Positions 44,284 through 53,909 of a stretch of 64,000 bases of DNA are shown in pieces. Below the pieces are notes generated by a model. The model had not been told where the DNA came from. It saw only the letters and a list, made by a program, of their open reading frames with translations, and ran no database searches. Made by a program: the position numbers and the translations under genes. The DNA is from a virus (Duplodnaviria > Caudoviricetes), in the IMG/VR virus record IMGVR_UViG_3300021978_000001, positions 96,001 through 160,000 of that record; one strand, given 5' to 3'. Numbering within the stretch: position 1 is the first letter of the stretch; every line of letters starts with the position of its first letter.

Positions 44284-44732
44284 TAGCTGCGCCAGACCTT
44301 TTCTTTCCAGGAAGCGATCTCGATGTCATCGAGGTCGCCCTCATGCTGTCCCACGCACCCGATGGCGGTTCCGAAGAAGACAGTGTTCTCATCGTCGGGA
44401 TACAAGAAGCGGAGCTTCATACCAGGAAAGAGTTCTTCATCCTGTGCATTATCAAGGAAGTTGTCCTTGTACACCCTGCCATCAGGAACTCCGAGGTTTT
44501 CACGCAGGCTTGTCTGTAGGAGGGAGGGGAAAGGAGCCAGATCGAGGTAGATCTTGACCTTGGCGATCGACATTCCACAGAAGGAACAGAAACGTTCGGC
44601 GTCAGTGGGTGTCCGCTCGGGGAGCACACAGACGGCCTTACCACATCGCTTGATGTGGTGGTGTACTTCCTCACACCAGTGCAGTTTCAGGGGGATGCCT
44701 GCATAGACCAGGGCGCTGTATCGGGTACTCAT
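44223..44732 (-). CDS. hypothetical protein with Zn-ribbon
   Basis: CGK...CSFCG. Confidence 0.6.
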   Translation of the reverse strand: MSTRYSALVYAGIPLKLHWCEEVHHHIKRCGKAVCVLPERTPTDAERFCSFCGMSIAKVKIYLDLAPFPSLLQTSLRENLGVPDGRVYKDNFLDNAQDEELFPGMKLRFLYPDDENTVFFGTAIGCVGQHEGDLDDIEIASWKEKVWRSYCQRTGTKEEPQFLLRWRAL

Positions 44733-44750
44733 GATCGACTCTACGGGAAG

Positions 44751-44823
44751 CCGGGGCGACAGGACTCGAACCTGCGACCTCTTGATTCGGAATCAAGTGC
44801 TCATCCAACTGAGCTACGCCCCG
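44751..44823 (-). tRNA. tRNA-Arg(CCG)
   Basis: Canonical cloverleaf. Confidence 0.93.
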
Positions 44824-44826
44824 AAG

Positions 44827-44900
44827 CGAGGGTGGCAGGACTCGAACCCGCACCGCCGTGGTTAGAAGCCACGCATCCTATCCGGTTGGACCACACCCTC
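44827..44900 (-). tRNA. tRNA-Arg(TCT)
   Basis: Canonical cloverleaf. Confidence 0.93.
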
Positions 44901-44925
44901 GGGATAGAAACGCGGCGCGATTGCT

Positions 44926-45657
44926 TTACATTTCCCCGCTGCCACCACACGCGCGACAGGGGCTTACTTCGACGAGACCAACATACTTGCCACTGCCCTT
45001 GCAATCCCCACATCGCTGGTAAGTGGAGGGGATGAGTTCGGAAGTCTCCGGGAGAGAGGGAAACACCACCTTATTCACCAACCCATAAGGGTCAACCGCC
45101 AAAGCGTAGCGTCCCGTTCTACCTAGCGCGTGAGAGGCATACATCCAACCCATAGCCCTGGAGCCTAGATCATTGCCAAAAGGTGTACCGTTGAGATGCA
45201 CCACATACGCTACATTGTGAGGACACTCGATGGCCAGATGTCGTTCCACATCGAGCGAGATGCCCTGAGCTTCCAATTCAGAGCGCAACCCTTCGGACAA
45301 GATGATCGCATGGTCAGCATGAGCCGTCAGGTGTGCGAGGATATTGTCAGGTTCCCACTCCCATGCATCTCGTCCACGTTGGTTAGCCACCACTTGAAAG
45401 CACCCTTCCATCACTCCCTCAGAGAGAAGCGACTTCAGCATATGCGGTCTTTCTCTAAATGGGCGGTCACGGTCCGGCGCCAGGTAGGGCGCGTCACGCA
45501 AGGTCAACTGCAACTCCTGGATACCATTACAATCCATGTGAAGGTGGCAACCATTGGCATCACATGTCACCAACGCCTCGGGATAAGGCGACTTCACAGA
45601 AACGATGATGTCAGCGGACAGAGTGAAACACGTTTTTCCGTTAAGCAAAGAACCCAT
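44926..45657 (-). CDS. hypothetical protein with C-terminal DnaJ-like Zn finger
   Basis: CGDCKGSGKYVGLVEVSPCRACGGSG. Confidence 0.65.
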   Translation of the reverse strand: MGSLLNGKTCFTLSADIIVSVKSPYPEALVTCDANGCHLHMDCNGIQELQLTLRDAPYLAPDRDRPFRERPHMLKSLLSEGVMEGCFQVVANQRGRDAWEWEPDNILAHLTAHADHAIILSEGLRSELEAQGISLDVERHLAIECPHNVAYVVHLNGTPFGNDLGSRAMGWMYASHALGRTGRYALAVDPYGLVNKVVFPSLPETSELIPSTYQRCGDCKGSGKYVGLVEVSPCRACGGSGEM

Positions 45658-45716
45658 ACCAGAACCTCTCGTGTGGTTTGTTCATGAGACACAAGAGGCT
45701 ATAACACTAGGTAGGA

Positions 45717-46235
45717 TCATTCGTCAAGTAAATAAAGGATAGAAGACTGCTGCGGCGCGGTGAGGTCTCGGTTTTTTGTACAGACAAGAGCAAACCCACG
45801 AAGAGGTGTGGGGAGGTCCACCTTGACCAGCCACAAGGCGGCGCCCCACCATGTACCCTCGGTATATCGAGAAGCAGGCGCTTGGGAGGCGTGGAGGCTC
45901 TCAAGACAGGGAGCGGCAGCGCCTATGTGCACACCAATCGTGCTCTCCTCACACCAGGAACAGCTCATAATGACATGAGTAACGCGCTGGTCATGTTGCT
46001 CCACATCGGAAAAGAGGTCCGCCAGCATGCCCAGACCGGCTGTATAACGGAAGCGGTCTGCTGAACGAATATGAGAAGGAAGGTTAGGAGTGAAAGAGAA
46101 GGGACGCGCGCGCGTCTCCCGGGTCTGGTTGAGCGCATGCACACAGTCTGTCAGCACAGAAGGGAGCCAGGTGTCCAAGGCTTGTCCGAGGCGAATGATC
46201 TTCGCCTCCTCTTCGGTCACCCAATACAAGGGCAT
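45717..46235 (-). CDS. hypothetical protein
   Basis: ORF with GGAG RBS. Confidence 0.55.
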   Translation of the reverse strand: MPLYWVTEEEAKIIRLGQALDTWLPSVLTDCVHALNQTRETRARPFSFTPNLPSHIRSADRFRYTAGLGMLADLFSDVEQHDQRVTHVIMSCSWCEESTIGVHIGAAAPCLESLHASQAPASRYTEGTWWGAALWLVKVDLPTPLRGFALVCTKNRDLTAPQQSSILYLLDE

Positions 46236-46266
46236 AACTCTACTCCTGTACGTTACTCAGGAAAAG

Positions 46267-46341
46267 GGTGACTGACGGGGATCGAACCCGCGACCTCTGG
46301 TACCACAAACCAGCGCTCTAACCAACTGAGCTACAGCCACC
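46267..46341 (-). tRNA. tRNA-His(GTG)
   Basis: G-1:C73, loop TTGTGGT. Confidence 0.93.
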
Positions 46342-46372
46342 ATGTGATCAGACAATACCGACCATCGAGACT

Positions 46373-46828
46373 TTATGCCTCATCTTCGAGAGCCGGACCT
46401 TCGAGAAGTTGAACAAAAGCGTCCCAATCATTCACGTCGCGCTTGTGCTTCTGGATAAGCGTGGCGGTCCTGGCCCGCTCACGCGGCGACACAAGAGACG
46501 CAGGGTGAGCACCTCTCCATTTCCTCACGACCAGATGCATGGGGATCGTGAACCACAGATACTCTTCCGAGTCCTGCGAGAATTGAACAGAGAATCCAAT
46601 TCTGTTCCAACCAGGGTGATCAGCCGACAGGAGGATATAAGGTGCAGTCGGATGACAAGTGTAGATACCCTCGAATAGCTCTAATACCGAAGTGCATAAC
46701 ACCTCATGAGCGTCCATGAACGGAAGACCCAGGCCCGGATCAATGGACAACCCTTCCCTGGCCGCCCGACACCGTACCTGCACGTCAGATGCATCTGCAT
46801 CCCAATAGCGAAACGCGTTGATAAGCAT
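46373..46828 (-). CDS. hypothetical protein, paralogue pair member
   Basis: MLINAFR...ELF.G.YTC...RIGF.VQ.S. Confidence 0.65.
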   Translation of the reverse strand: MLINAFRYWDADASDVQVRCRAAREGLSIDPGLGLPFMDAHEVLCTSVLELFEGIYTCHPTAPYILLSADHPGWNRIGFSVQFSQDSEEYLWFTIPMHLVVRKWRGAHPASLVSPRERARTATLIQKHKRDVNDWDAFVQLLEGPALEDEA

Positions 46829-47271
46829 CAGGTAGTCTCCTCTGGGTTCTCCAACCCCAACATCCTCGCGAACAGCACCCAGGAGTTGTGATTCTTCTTA
46901 TGCTCCAAGATCATCTGCGCAAACTGTTGACGTCCATCTGCCGTGCGAAACTGCACCGCGCGTCCATGACCCCAAGCCTTGAGCACGGTGAGAGGCACCT
47001 GAAACGTCATCTCGTGATCTTGTGTATGAGAGAGCTGTACGTGAAAACCGATGCGACGTGCGCGCGGATCATCACGCGACTCGACACTCACAAAGTGCCC
47101 ATCCTGGCACGTATAGACGCCCTGGAACAACTCGTGCATCGCCTGACAAACGATAGTGACGCCTGATCCTTCACGATTCAGGGCAAAGTAATCCGGGTGC
47201 CAGCGATGCGGAGTGTTTTCGTGAGCATACTCTTCGGGGTAGCCCCACCGACGAAACGCGTTGATAAGCAT
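46828..47271 (-). CDS. hypothetical protein, paralogue pair member
   Basis: MLINAFR...ELF.G.YTC...RIGF.VQ.S. Confidence 0.65.
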   Translation of the reverse strand: MLINAFRRWGYPEEYAHENTPHRWHPDYFALNREGSGVTIVCQAMHELFQGVYTCQDGHFVSVESRDDPRARRIGFHVQLSHTQDHEMTFQVPLTVLKAWGHGRAVQFRTADGRQQFAQMILEHKKNHNSWVLFARMLGLENPEETT

Positions 47272-47330
47272 GCAGGAACCCTGTGCTATTGGACCTTGTA
47301 ATACTGGACCGTGTGATCTGTGATTTAGAG

Positions 47331-47404
47331 AGGTGAAGGTGGGAGTCGAACCCACAACAAACCAGGGTTGCAATCTGGCGCCCCGCCACCGGGACATCTT
47401 CACC
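47331..47404 (-). tRNA. tRNA-Cys(GCA)
   Basis: Loop TTGCAAC, U73; atypical D arm. Confidence 0.75.
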
Positions 47405-47437
47405 TCAGCATGGCGTGATCAGGAAAACCAGCCAAAG

Positions 47438-47510
47438 TATCGCCACGGGGACTCGAACCCCGACCTTGAACGTGAAAGGCTCATGTCCTGACCAGTTAGA
47501 CGATGGCGAC
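47438..47510 (-). tRNA. tRNA-Glu(TTC)
   Basis: Canonical cloverleaf. Confidence 0.9.
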
Positions 47511-47541
47511 GTCGAGGTCTACAACACGAGCAAAGCCACCC

Positions 47542-47949
47542 TCATTCCCCCGCGTCGGGGGATGTGCCCTTGATCTTGACGGGGCGAAGCTCCAAGGTCG
47601 TATGCACATAGGGTCTGTAATCGAAAGGCGCAAGGCTCGTGTTCGGAGTCTGCACCATGAGACGCAGGGTAGGTGTCTTTCCAGGGTCCGATAAAGCATG
47701 ATCACACAGCTCGCGCAACTTCCTTGCATCAAACCCTACCTCATCCCAGGCAGAAGAGTCTGTCCTGGATACAAACGCGTTCGCGGTAAAGAACACCCGC
47801 ACGTCTTTCCCTTCCATTTCAGGAATCGCACAACGATCTCGGAGTCGATTGAGATACGCTTCGAGCGCCTCGAACGCAGACCACCACACCTCACAGGGAT
47901 ATGCAGGGTGTTTGGGTTGAATAAACGCTTCGACGAGCCAGGCCATCAT
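47542..47949 (-). CDS. hypothetical protein
   Basis: ATGA overlap. Confidence 0.55.
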   Translation of the reverse strand: MMAWLVEAFIQPKHPAYPCEVWWSAFEALEAYLNRLRDRCAIPEMEGKDVRVFFTANAFVSRTDSSAWDEVGFDARKLRELCDHALSDPGKTPTLRLMVQTPNTSLAPFDYRPYVHTTLELRPVKIKGTSPDAGE

Positions 47950-48257
47950 GCTTTTCCCCGATCGTCTGTGTCTTCTGTATGGAGCGTGCGACTCGTGCGG
48001 CCCTGGTACCAATCCTCAAGGATCATGTATGTGAACCCACCGACCAGCATGGGCATCGTCAAGGTGACCGCACATGCCGTAGCAACGCTCTCGCCCGCAT
48101 CGAGACACTTGGCCTTGATATGAGGGCGCAAGGGCTTGGGAGAAATCGCTGCGGCGCCTATGGCCATGAGCTTCGAGGTCTCCTGGATGAGGTAGGGGAC
48201 CGTGGTGTAGAACTTCTCCGAGAAGGCCGTATCATCGAAGGGTGACCTGAACTTCAT
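47946..48257 (-). CDS. small hydrophobic hypothetical protein
   Basis: Overlapping chain of three small membrane-like ORFs. Confidence 0.55.
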   Translation of the reverse strand: MKFRSPFDDTAFSEKFYTTVPYLIQETSKLMAIGAAAISPKPLRPHIKAKCLDAGESVATACAVTLTMPMLVGGFTYMILEDWYQGRTSRTLHTEDTDDRGKA

Positions 48258-48616
48258 AATTCTTCCTGATTTGCAGGGTTAGGGTTGCGAGGGCTTCGGA
48301 TACGATCACGCTCGCGTCTATGACGGTTGCCGATCTTGTCAAGCACTGTAGCATACCCGTACATCCCGACCCCCACAGGGATCATCGTGGCACAGTACAC
48401 CGACAAGGCCAGTCCCGTCCCTAGACCGAGCGCCGCGAAATCCACGACATACCCGAACTCATCTTTGGTGGCCTTGTTGAAACCATAAGCGGCCATCGCA
48501 AAACCGCGTTGGATGCAGAAGGGTACAAACGAAGTGACCGCATCGAGCGGTCCGTTCGCCTCTTTGGGAGAAGGAAAGAAGACAAGCATGAACACCTCTC
48601 GTGATGAACAGTTCAA
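48254..48616 (-). CDS. small membrane protein
   Basis: Hydrophobic segment; overlap coupling. Confidence 0.55.
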   Translation of the reverse strand: MNCSSREVFMLVFFPSPKEANGPLDAVTSFVPFCIQRGFAMAAYGFNKATKDEFGYVVDFAALGLGTGLALSVYCATMIPVGVGMYGYATVLDKIGNRHRRERDRIRSPRNPNPANQEEL

Positions 48617-48867
48617 TCACGTACTGCGTCATACACCATCACTGCGGTCATCGCAGGAAAGGCACAGACACCGTATGCTATCACAGAGAGGGTACCTCCC
48701 ACAAACGAAACCGTAAAGCCCAGTGCCTCTCCTACGATAGGCACTGGGTCGAGCTGTTTGGCAGCGGCCTTGCTCACGCTCCCGATCACCCAGGAAGGCG
48801 CAGGTGCAATGTGATCGAGATAGAAACGCAGACCTGCATCCACGCAATCGTCCAACTTCTCTGCCAT
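48613..48867 (-). CDS. small membrane protein
   Basis: Hydrophobic C-terminus; GGAG RBS. Confidence 0.55.
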   Translation of the reverse strand: MAEKLDDCVDAGLRFYLDHIAPAPSWVIGSVSKAAAKQLDPVPIVGEALGFTVSFVGGTLSVIAYGVCAFPAMTAVMVYDAVRD

Positions 48868-48895
48868 AGCTCTTTACTCCTCATGGATATGCTGC

Positions 48896-50431
48896 TTACG
48901 CGCCCGCATCACGAGTGATGGTCGCGCCACCAAGCGAGTTATCTACCGTGCCACCATACACCGTACCACCCAGGACGTTGACCGTCGCGGCGCCGTTGAC
49001 GATGAGCCCTCCCATGATCTCACAACCACGGAAGTTTACGGTGCCATCGGTATCCAGGGTCACCGATCCCACAAAGACGACCCCGTTGAAGTCCGCGTTC
49101 CCATCTGTGATGACTGTATCACCGCGCACGGTGCCCCCGTTCACAGTAAGGGTCGTCCCTTCCTTGGTGAGATCATTACACTGCAAGGTATCGACAACGA
49201 AGCGGTTACCCCCAAAGATCGTGAGGTTGCCCCCAACGTTCAAGTGCTGGAAGCGCACGGGATAGTTGGGGCTATCCATCTTGAAGTAACGGAAGAACGC
49301 ATCACGATGAACATCAAGTCGCTGCGGGCTGAACAACGCAGTGCTGTTCCCCGCGTGCCCATCAAAAGCAAGGGTACCTGGAATCACACGAGGGCCTGAA
49401 TCCAGCAACCCCCAACCCGAATTTGACGATGCAGGTCCGAGAGTTGCGTCGTTTTTATTTGCAATCACCCAAACATCACGATCGCTGGCATCTACCGTCG
49501 AAGCGATCTGGCACTCAGCATCCCAATCCACACGAGACTCTGCAAAGGCAAAGCCCTTGGCCTGAGGAATCACCGTCACATCCTTCCCAAAGTAAGCGGA
49601 ATCCACGCTCTGGAACCAGACGTTACGCAAGAGGCACGCATCGATCTCCAGATCTTCTACATCCTCCCCGAGCACGCCAAAGGCATACAGCTCGTTCGGG
49701 TAAAGGTTGCGCAGATAAACCTCTTCTACTGGAGACAGCGAATCATCGGTGAACACCGTGAAGTCTTCTCCCGTGTACGTGTAAACGCCATCTCCATCCA
49801 CATCCCAAGTAGGCCCGCCTGCGGTATACCAGGCAAAGGCTTCTGCCTGTGTTGCGTTGGTGATCAGTATCGCCGTAAACAGGTTGAAGGTGCTCTTGTG
49901 TACGGGAAGCTCGGCACCGATCACGCGGGTATTGGAGCGGTTTACCACCAAAACCGAATCCTCCAGCGTATCTCCGTAAACAGGTGACCACCCATTGTTC
50001 ACACTGAGAGGGGGACCCACATCGACGACCTGCTTACCAATCACCACTTCAAGCGTGATCACAGGGTCGAGCACCTCTCTACCCCAGTCGATTGCAGCTT
50101 GCGGGTGAGCAAACAGGGTATTCAAGGGGTCGAGGACCGCAGCTTCGTTATCCCCCAACATCTTGTCCACGTTCACGCGGACCACATTGTACATGTTGGA
50201 GTCTTGCTCCTGGACGGTCAGGAAGCCCGCTTCGAGGAAGCCACGCAGGGTACCCTGAGAGTAGGAGTAGTACACCACAGGATCGTTGAGGTCGAACGCG
50301 ACGCTCTCACCAGGTGCAATATAACGCGGCGTCTCAGGGTTCGCGTCCTTTTGCTCGTCATCGCGATCGAGATCATTGACATAGAGAGTAGAATCAACCG
50401 TGGACGTGTGCTTTACAAGAATCATCGACAT
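48896..50431 (-). CDS. putative virion protein with C-terminal beta-helix-like repeats
   Basis: 511 aa; G/V/T/N-rich periodic C-terminus. Confidence 0.65.
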   Translation of the reverse strand: MSMILVKHTSTVDSTLYVNDLDRDDEQKDANPETPRYIAPGESVAFDLNDPVVYYSYSQGTLRGFLEAGFLTVQEQDSNMYNVVRVNVDKMLGDNEAAVLDPLNTLFAHPQAAIDWGREVLDPVITLEVVIGKQVVDVGPPLSVNNGWSPVYGDTLEDSVLVVNRSNTRVIGAELPVHKSTFNLFTAILITNATQAEAFAWYTAGGPTWDVDGDGVYTYTGEDFTVFTDDSLSPVEEVYLRNLYPNELYAFGVLGEDVEDLEIDACLLRNVWFQSVDSAYFGKDVTVIPQAKGFAFAESRVDWDAECQIASTVDASDRDVWVIANKNDATLGPASSNSGWGLLDSGPRVIPGTLAFDGHAGNSTALFSPQRLDVHRDAFFRYFKMDSPNYPVRFQHLNVGGNLTIFGGNRFVVDTLQCNDLTKEGTTLTVNGGTVRGDTVITDGNADFNGVVFVGSVTLDTDGTVNFRGCEIMGGLIVNGAATVNVLGGTVYGGTVDNSLGGATITRDAGA

Positions 50432-50571
50432 GATGGTGCCTCATTTGGGAAGTAGGAAGGACATCAACTCCCACCTTTACACCACTGCGACTATATAAAT
50501 AAAAAAAGCCCGGCGAAGCGTGTAGCTTCAGTGCAAGACCAAAACCAAACGCATCACCGGGCGGGTTAGAA

Positions 50572-50643
50572 TCTGGATGGCAGGAATCGAACCTGCGTGG
50601 ACGTGCTCCCAAAGCACGTGGACAACCATTATCCCACATCCAG
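50572..50643 (-). tRNA. tRNA-Pro(TGG)
   Basis: Canonical cloverleaf. Confidence 0.9.
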
Positions 50644-50801
50644 TTATGTGGTCGCGGACACTGCCTGTTGATTCAGGTGCTCGACCAGGTTCGATCGCAG
50701 TGAGGTTAGAAGCCTGTGCGCGTCGTCTTTGCCAAGAGTTGAAGAGTGATGAAGTCCTCAACGTGGCCCCGGTCATCACTCCGGGACTCCAGATCCGCGA
50801 G

Positions 50802-50875
50802 TCGGGATAACAGGATTTGAACCTGCGACCTCTGGTCCCCCAGACCAGCGCGCTGCCAAGCTGCGCCATATCCCG
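50802..50875 (-). tRNA. tRNA-Pro(GGG)
   Basis: Canonical cloverleaf. Confidence 0.92.
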
Positions 50876-50906
50876 ATCGAGAGGTACAACCACCTCTCAT
50901 AGTCGT

Positions 50907-51584
50907 CTATTCCGCGTCCGCCGCAAGAAGTCCCAGCACGCGCGATAGCATGACAGCTTCAGGTATACGCACCTGATTGAACATCCTGAGCCAGAGGTGC
51001 ATGTATCCTTCGGCATGCAACGCGATAAGAAGTGCTGCCAGTGCCGCTTGCTTCGGGAGCTGATAACCTTCCTCATGCTCCACGAAGACTTCACGCAACC
51101 AGATCTCAGCGTCATGCATCGTCAAGTCACCTGATTGCAAGGCTTGACGAAGCTCAGACACATACTCAGAACGCTGGAGCGCCACCAGGATGCCGCGCGG
51201 CGAAGAAAGGTAGATGAAGGTGCTCGTGAGATCGTTGAGGCTCTCACAAGCCGCGTCAAGACGTTGCAAGCACTTTGGGGTCTCATAGCCGAGACGCCTT
51301 CGGTGCTGTGTGTTGATGGGAAAAGGCGTAAGCTCTTCCAAGGCTACGGAACGTCCGAGCCTCTCCTCGAAACATCCCAGGCAAATGATACCTCCCAGAC
51401 GGTCCGCAGGTTGCATGACTTCGAGCCACAGGTCATTGCGGACCATGAACTCGTCTTCGATCTCGGTATCTCGCTGACACACCTGACAACAGAACACATA
51501 CTCGTCATCCTCACCTGCATCACGTCGCCAAACACCAGGTCGGACGCGCTCCCAACCCTGAGCTTCTCTTTCTTCTGCACGCAT
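50907..51584 (-). CDS. hypothetical protein with N-terminal Zn-finger-like motif
   Basis: CQVC..FMV...LW...G.ICLGCFEERLGR. Confidence 0.65.
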   Translation of the reverse strand: MRAEEREAQGWERVRPGVWRRDAGEDDEYVFCCQVCQRDTEIEDEFMVRNDLWLEVMQPADRLGGIICLGCFEERLGRSVALEELTPFPINTQHRRRLGYETPKCLQRLDAACESLNDLTSTFIYLSSPRGILVALQRSEYVSELRQALQSGDLTMHDAEIWLREVFVEHEEGYQLPKQAALAALLIALHAEGYMHLWLRMFNQVRIPEAVMLSRVLGLLAADAE

Positions 51585-51658
51585 CGCTTACCTCCGAGCG
51601 TCGGTTCCCTCATGTTATAGAGGATGCATACCACAAAAGCAAGACCGTGTAAAAGGAG

Positions 51659-52102
51659 TTATTCGGTATCGAGATCTGGATTGAGATCAGTCTCGGGGAG
51701 GGACTCGACCGTGAAGAGGCGACGCCCGATAGAGTGATAGTCCATGCGCCTACGAAGGGGCTCGACCATGCGCTCTGCAATATGCTCACGTCCATGGTGA
51801 TTCGCGATCATGCGACTTAACCAGCTCTGCCATTCATGATCGCGACGCTCTGCTTGAGGCAATGTGCCGATGCCTTGCGCGAGCGCGTCTCCGAGCACGG
51901 TGCGCACGTACACATCCCGAACGTAATGCCTATGCCGTGACATCGCAGGAGAGTCGAAAGGCTCATCGCTGTCGAGCCAGATCGCCTCATCCAAAATACC
52001 CGCAAGCGTCAGAGCTTGATCCCACAAGCCTCGGTTCATCATCGAACGCAGATCCCCGAAAGTCAGCGCACGCACGTCTTCGGCTGACCAGAGGTCACTC
52101 AT
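51659..52102 (-). CDS. hypothetical protein
   Basis: ORF track, adjusted start. Confidence 0.6.
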   Translation of the reverse strand: MSDLWSAEDVRALTFGDLRSMMNRGLWDQALTLAGILDEAIWLDSDEPFDSPAMSRHRHYVRDVYVRTVLGDALAQGIGTLPQAERRDHEWQSWLSRMIANHHGREHIAERMVEPLRRRMDYHSIGRRLFTVESLPETDLNPDLDTE

Positions 52103-52775
52103 CGCTTCCGTCGCTTTCCGTAATCTCGAAGAGAGGAGCAAAGACGCGATGAAACTTAACTGGTTGCTCTTGTAGGGACTGCTTCGTGACTTGGCGTAGA
52201 CGATCGGCCTCCCTCATTTCAGCGTTGGCGCGAATGCGTTGCTGCACGGTGAGCACTTCTGAGGGAGCAGGGATGCAAACCGCGTCGGGATACCTCTCGG
52301 AGCGCCAACGTGCGAGCGCCTCGCGCAACCCAGTGACGTAATCCTCCATATCCTCGGGAGAAACGTTCGTCACGCAAGAGGTGCTTGGGATACGCGAAGT
52401 CGTCACGTTCTTACACGTCACGTTCTCAGCAAGCCAACACTTGCGCGCTTTCTGTTGCCTTTCCACGTAGGAAAGCTCCTTGCTTGCTTTCTCGCTGGTC
52501 TCATCGTTGACTTCCGCACACGTATCCGAGAGCTTCGCAGAGAAAGCCTTTGTGGCCTCGGTCGCACCCGAAAACGAAAAACCCCAGCATTCCATGGCAC
52601 GTGTTGCGATCTCTAGCGATAAACGCCTGACCGCTTCAGGGTTTGAGACCTTGCCCTCACCTTCGCAACCCGTGCAAGGATTCTCGACGGTCACCAAGCC
52701 CACATACTTACCCTGACCATCGCAACGGTCACAACGTTTATACAGATCCTCAAGCTCCCAACTACCCTTACCCAT
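52095..52775 (-). CDS. hypothetical protein with N-terminal DnaJ-like Zn finger
   Basis: CDRCDGQGKYVGLVTVENPCTGCEGEG. Confidence 0.65.
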   Translation of the reverse strand: MGKGSWELEDLYKRCDRCDGQGKYVGLVTVENPCTGCEGEGKVSNPEAVRRLSLEIATRAMECWGFSFSGATEATKAFSAKLSDTCAEVNDETSEKASKELSYVERQQKARKCWLAENVTCKNVTTSRIPSTSCVTNVSPEDMEDYVTGLREALARWRSERYPDAVCIPAPSEVLTVQQRIRANAEMREADRLRQVTKQSLQEQPVKFHRVFAPLFEITESDGSDE

Positions 52776-52805
52776 AACTATCCTCCGCGTTTCATGTGAT
52801 CAAAA

Positions 52806-52896
52806 AGAGCCGGGTGGGACTCGAACCCACGACATACCGCTTAAAAGGCGGATAGGACCATCCCCGCATGTGCGAGGAACAATAGCCCCACCCGGC
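52806..52896 (-). ncRNA. tRNA-Lys(TTT)-CRISPR repeat chimera
   Basis: Repeat TTGTTCCTCGCACATGCGGGGATGGTCC (52855-52882) in place of the D arm, followed by CCGC-CTTTTAA-GCGG, T arm and acceptor 3' strand. Confidence 0.75.
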
Positions 52897-52922
52897 AGCG
52901 TGCCTCACAAAGAGGCACCACC

Positions 52923-53315
52923 TTAGATGCTCGTTTCTGTGCTTCGCTCAAGGCGCCAGGGGTGATTGTCCCTGCGCAACAGAGGATACCCTGTCCCCGC
53001 TTCATCCTGCAACCAGAAGTGAGCATAAGGCACAGACACCATGTCGAACGTCAACCAAAGCGGACCCGACACAGGTTCTTCGCCCGTTGCCTCGTGGCGT
53101 GAAATCCCGCATTCGAGATCCCGTCGCGCCTTGATGCCCATACGCCCGAGGTCTGTCGAGGCTGTGCGGGCCAGCCAGATCACTGCAAGATCCTGTGCGT
53201 CTTCGAGTGTGGCACATTCTCCCAGCGCGTGAACAGGACGATGCCGCTTGCGCTCGGAGCGCTTGGCGCCCTCGGTCGTGTCACGGCGGGAGAGATCGAC
53301 GATGTGATACTTCAT
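52923..53315 (-). CDS. hypothetical protein
   Basis: ORF track. Confidence 0.55.
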   Translation of the reverse strand: MKYHIVDLSRRDTTEGAKRSERKRHRPVHALGECATLEDAQDLAVIWLARTASTDLGRMGIKARRDLECGISRHEATGEEPVSGPLWLTFDMVSVPYAHFWLQDEAGTGYPLLRRDNHPWRLERSTETSI

Positions 53316-53582
53316 GGTGATGTTGTGCTAGAAGGTGAGAAAAGTGAGCGCGCTCCTCGCCGCAATTTCAAGGTGCATACACACCAGGAAACCTGTAGAC
53401 CGCTTCAAGGTCGTCGGAAGCCACACCGGCGTACTGTCGATCAAACAAGTAACGCAGGCTATCTAGGAGAACCAGGTTACTCACCTGGGGGCTTTCCCGA
53501 CGAGGAGCAAACGCTCGGTGTCTCCTGATCAATGGAGACACTACCTGTATACCAGAAGAGGCGCAGACCGTAAAAGGAAAGT

Positions 53583-53909
53583 TCAACCTTTCTTGAAAAA
53601 ACCTGCGAACATGCTCGCGTGTGCCAGGTTCTTCCCCACGAGCGTCACCTCGCGTGGATCTCCCCCACGGTCCACATCGCGATCATCGTAGAGACAGATC
53701 AGGGCCTCTTCCATGCTCTCGATCACACCGAGCTGGTCGAGCGTCTCGCGATCCTTGCCCGTGCGATACGCGAAGCTCACGAACATGCCGTCATCCTCGA
53801 ACTCACACGAGACCACAGCGGCGGGCCAGAGCGTGCGCACGAAGGCGACCCACTCGCGGACCGTGTAGTCTCTCGGGTCTGAGATGACGTAATCGAAGCC
53901 TCCGATCAT
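53583..53909 (-). CDS. hypothetical protein
   Basis: ATGA overlap. Confidence 0.6.
   Translation of the reverse strand: MIGGFDYVISDPRDYTVREWVAFVRTLWPAAVVSCEFEDDGMFVSFAYRTGKDRETLDQLGVIESMEEALICLYDDRDVDRGGDPREVTLVGKNLAHASMFAGFFKKG

Noticed and set aside
50645-50800. Possible tmRNA tag region between the two tRNA-Pro genes
   Set aside because: No tmRNA tRNA-like domain, and the short frame does not end in an Ala-Ala-type tag.
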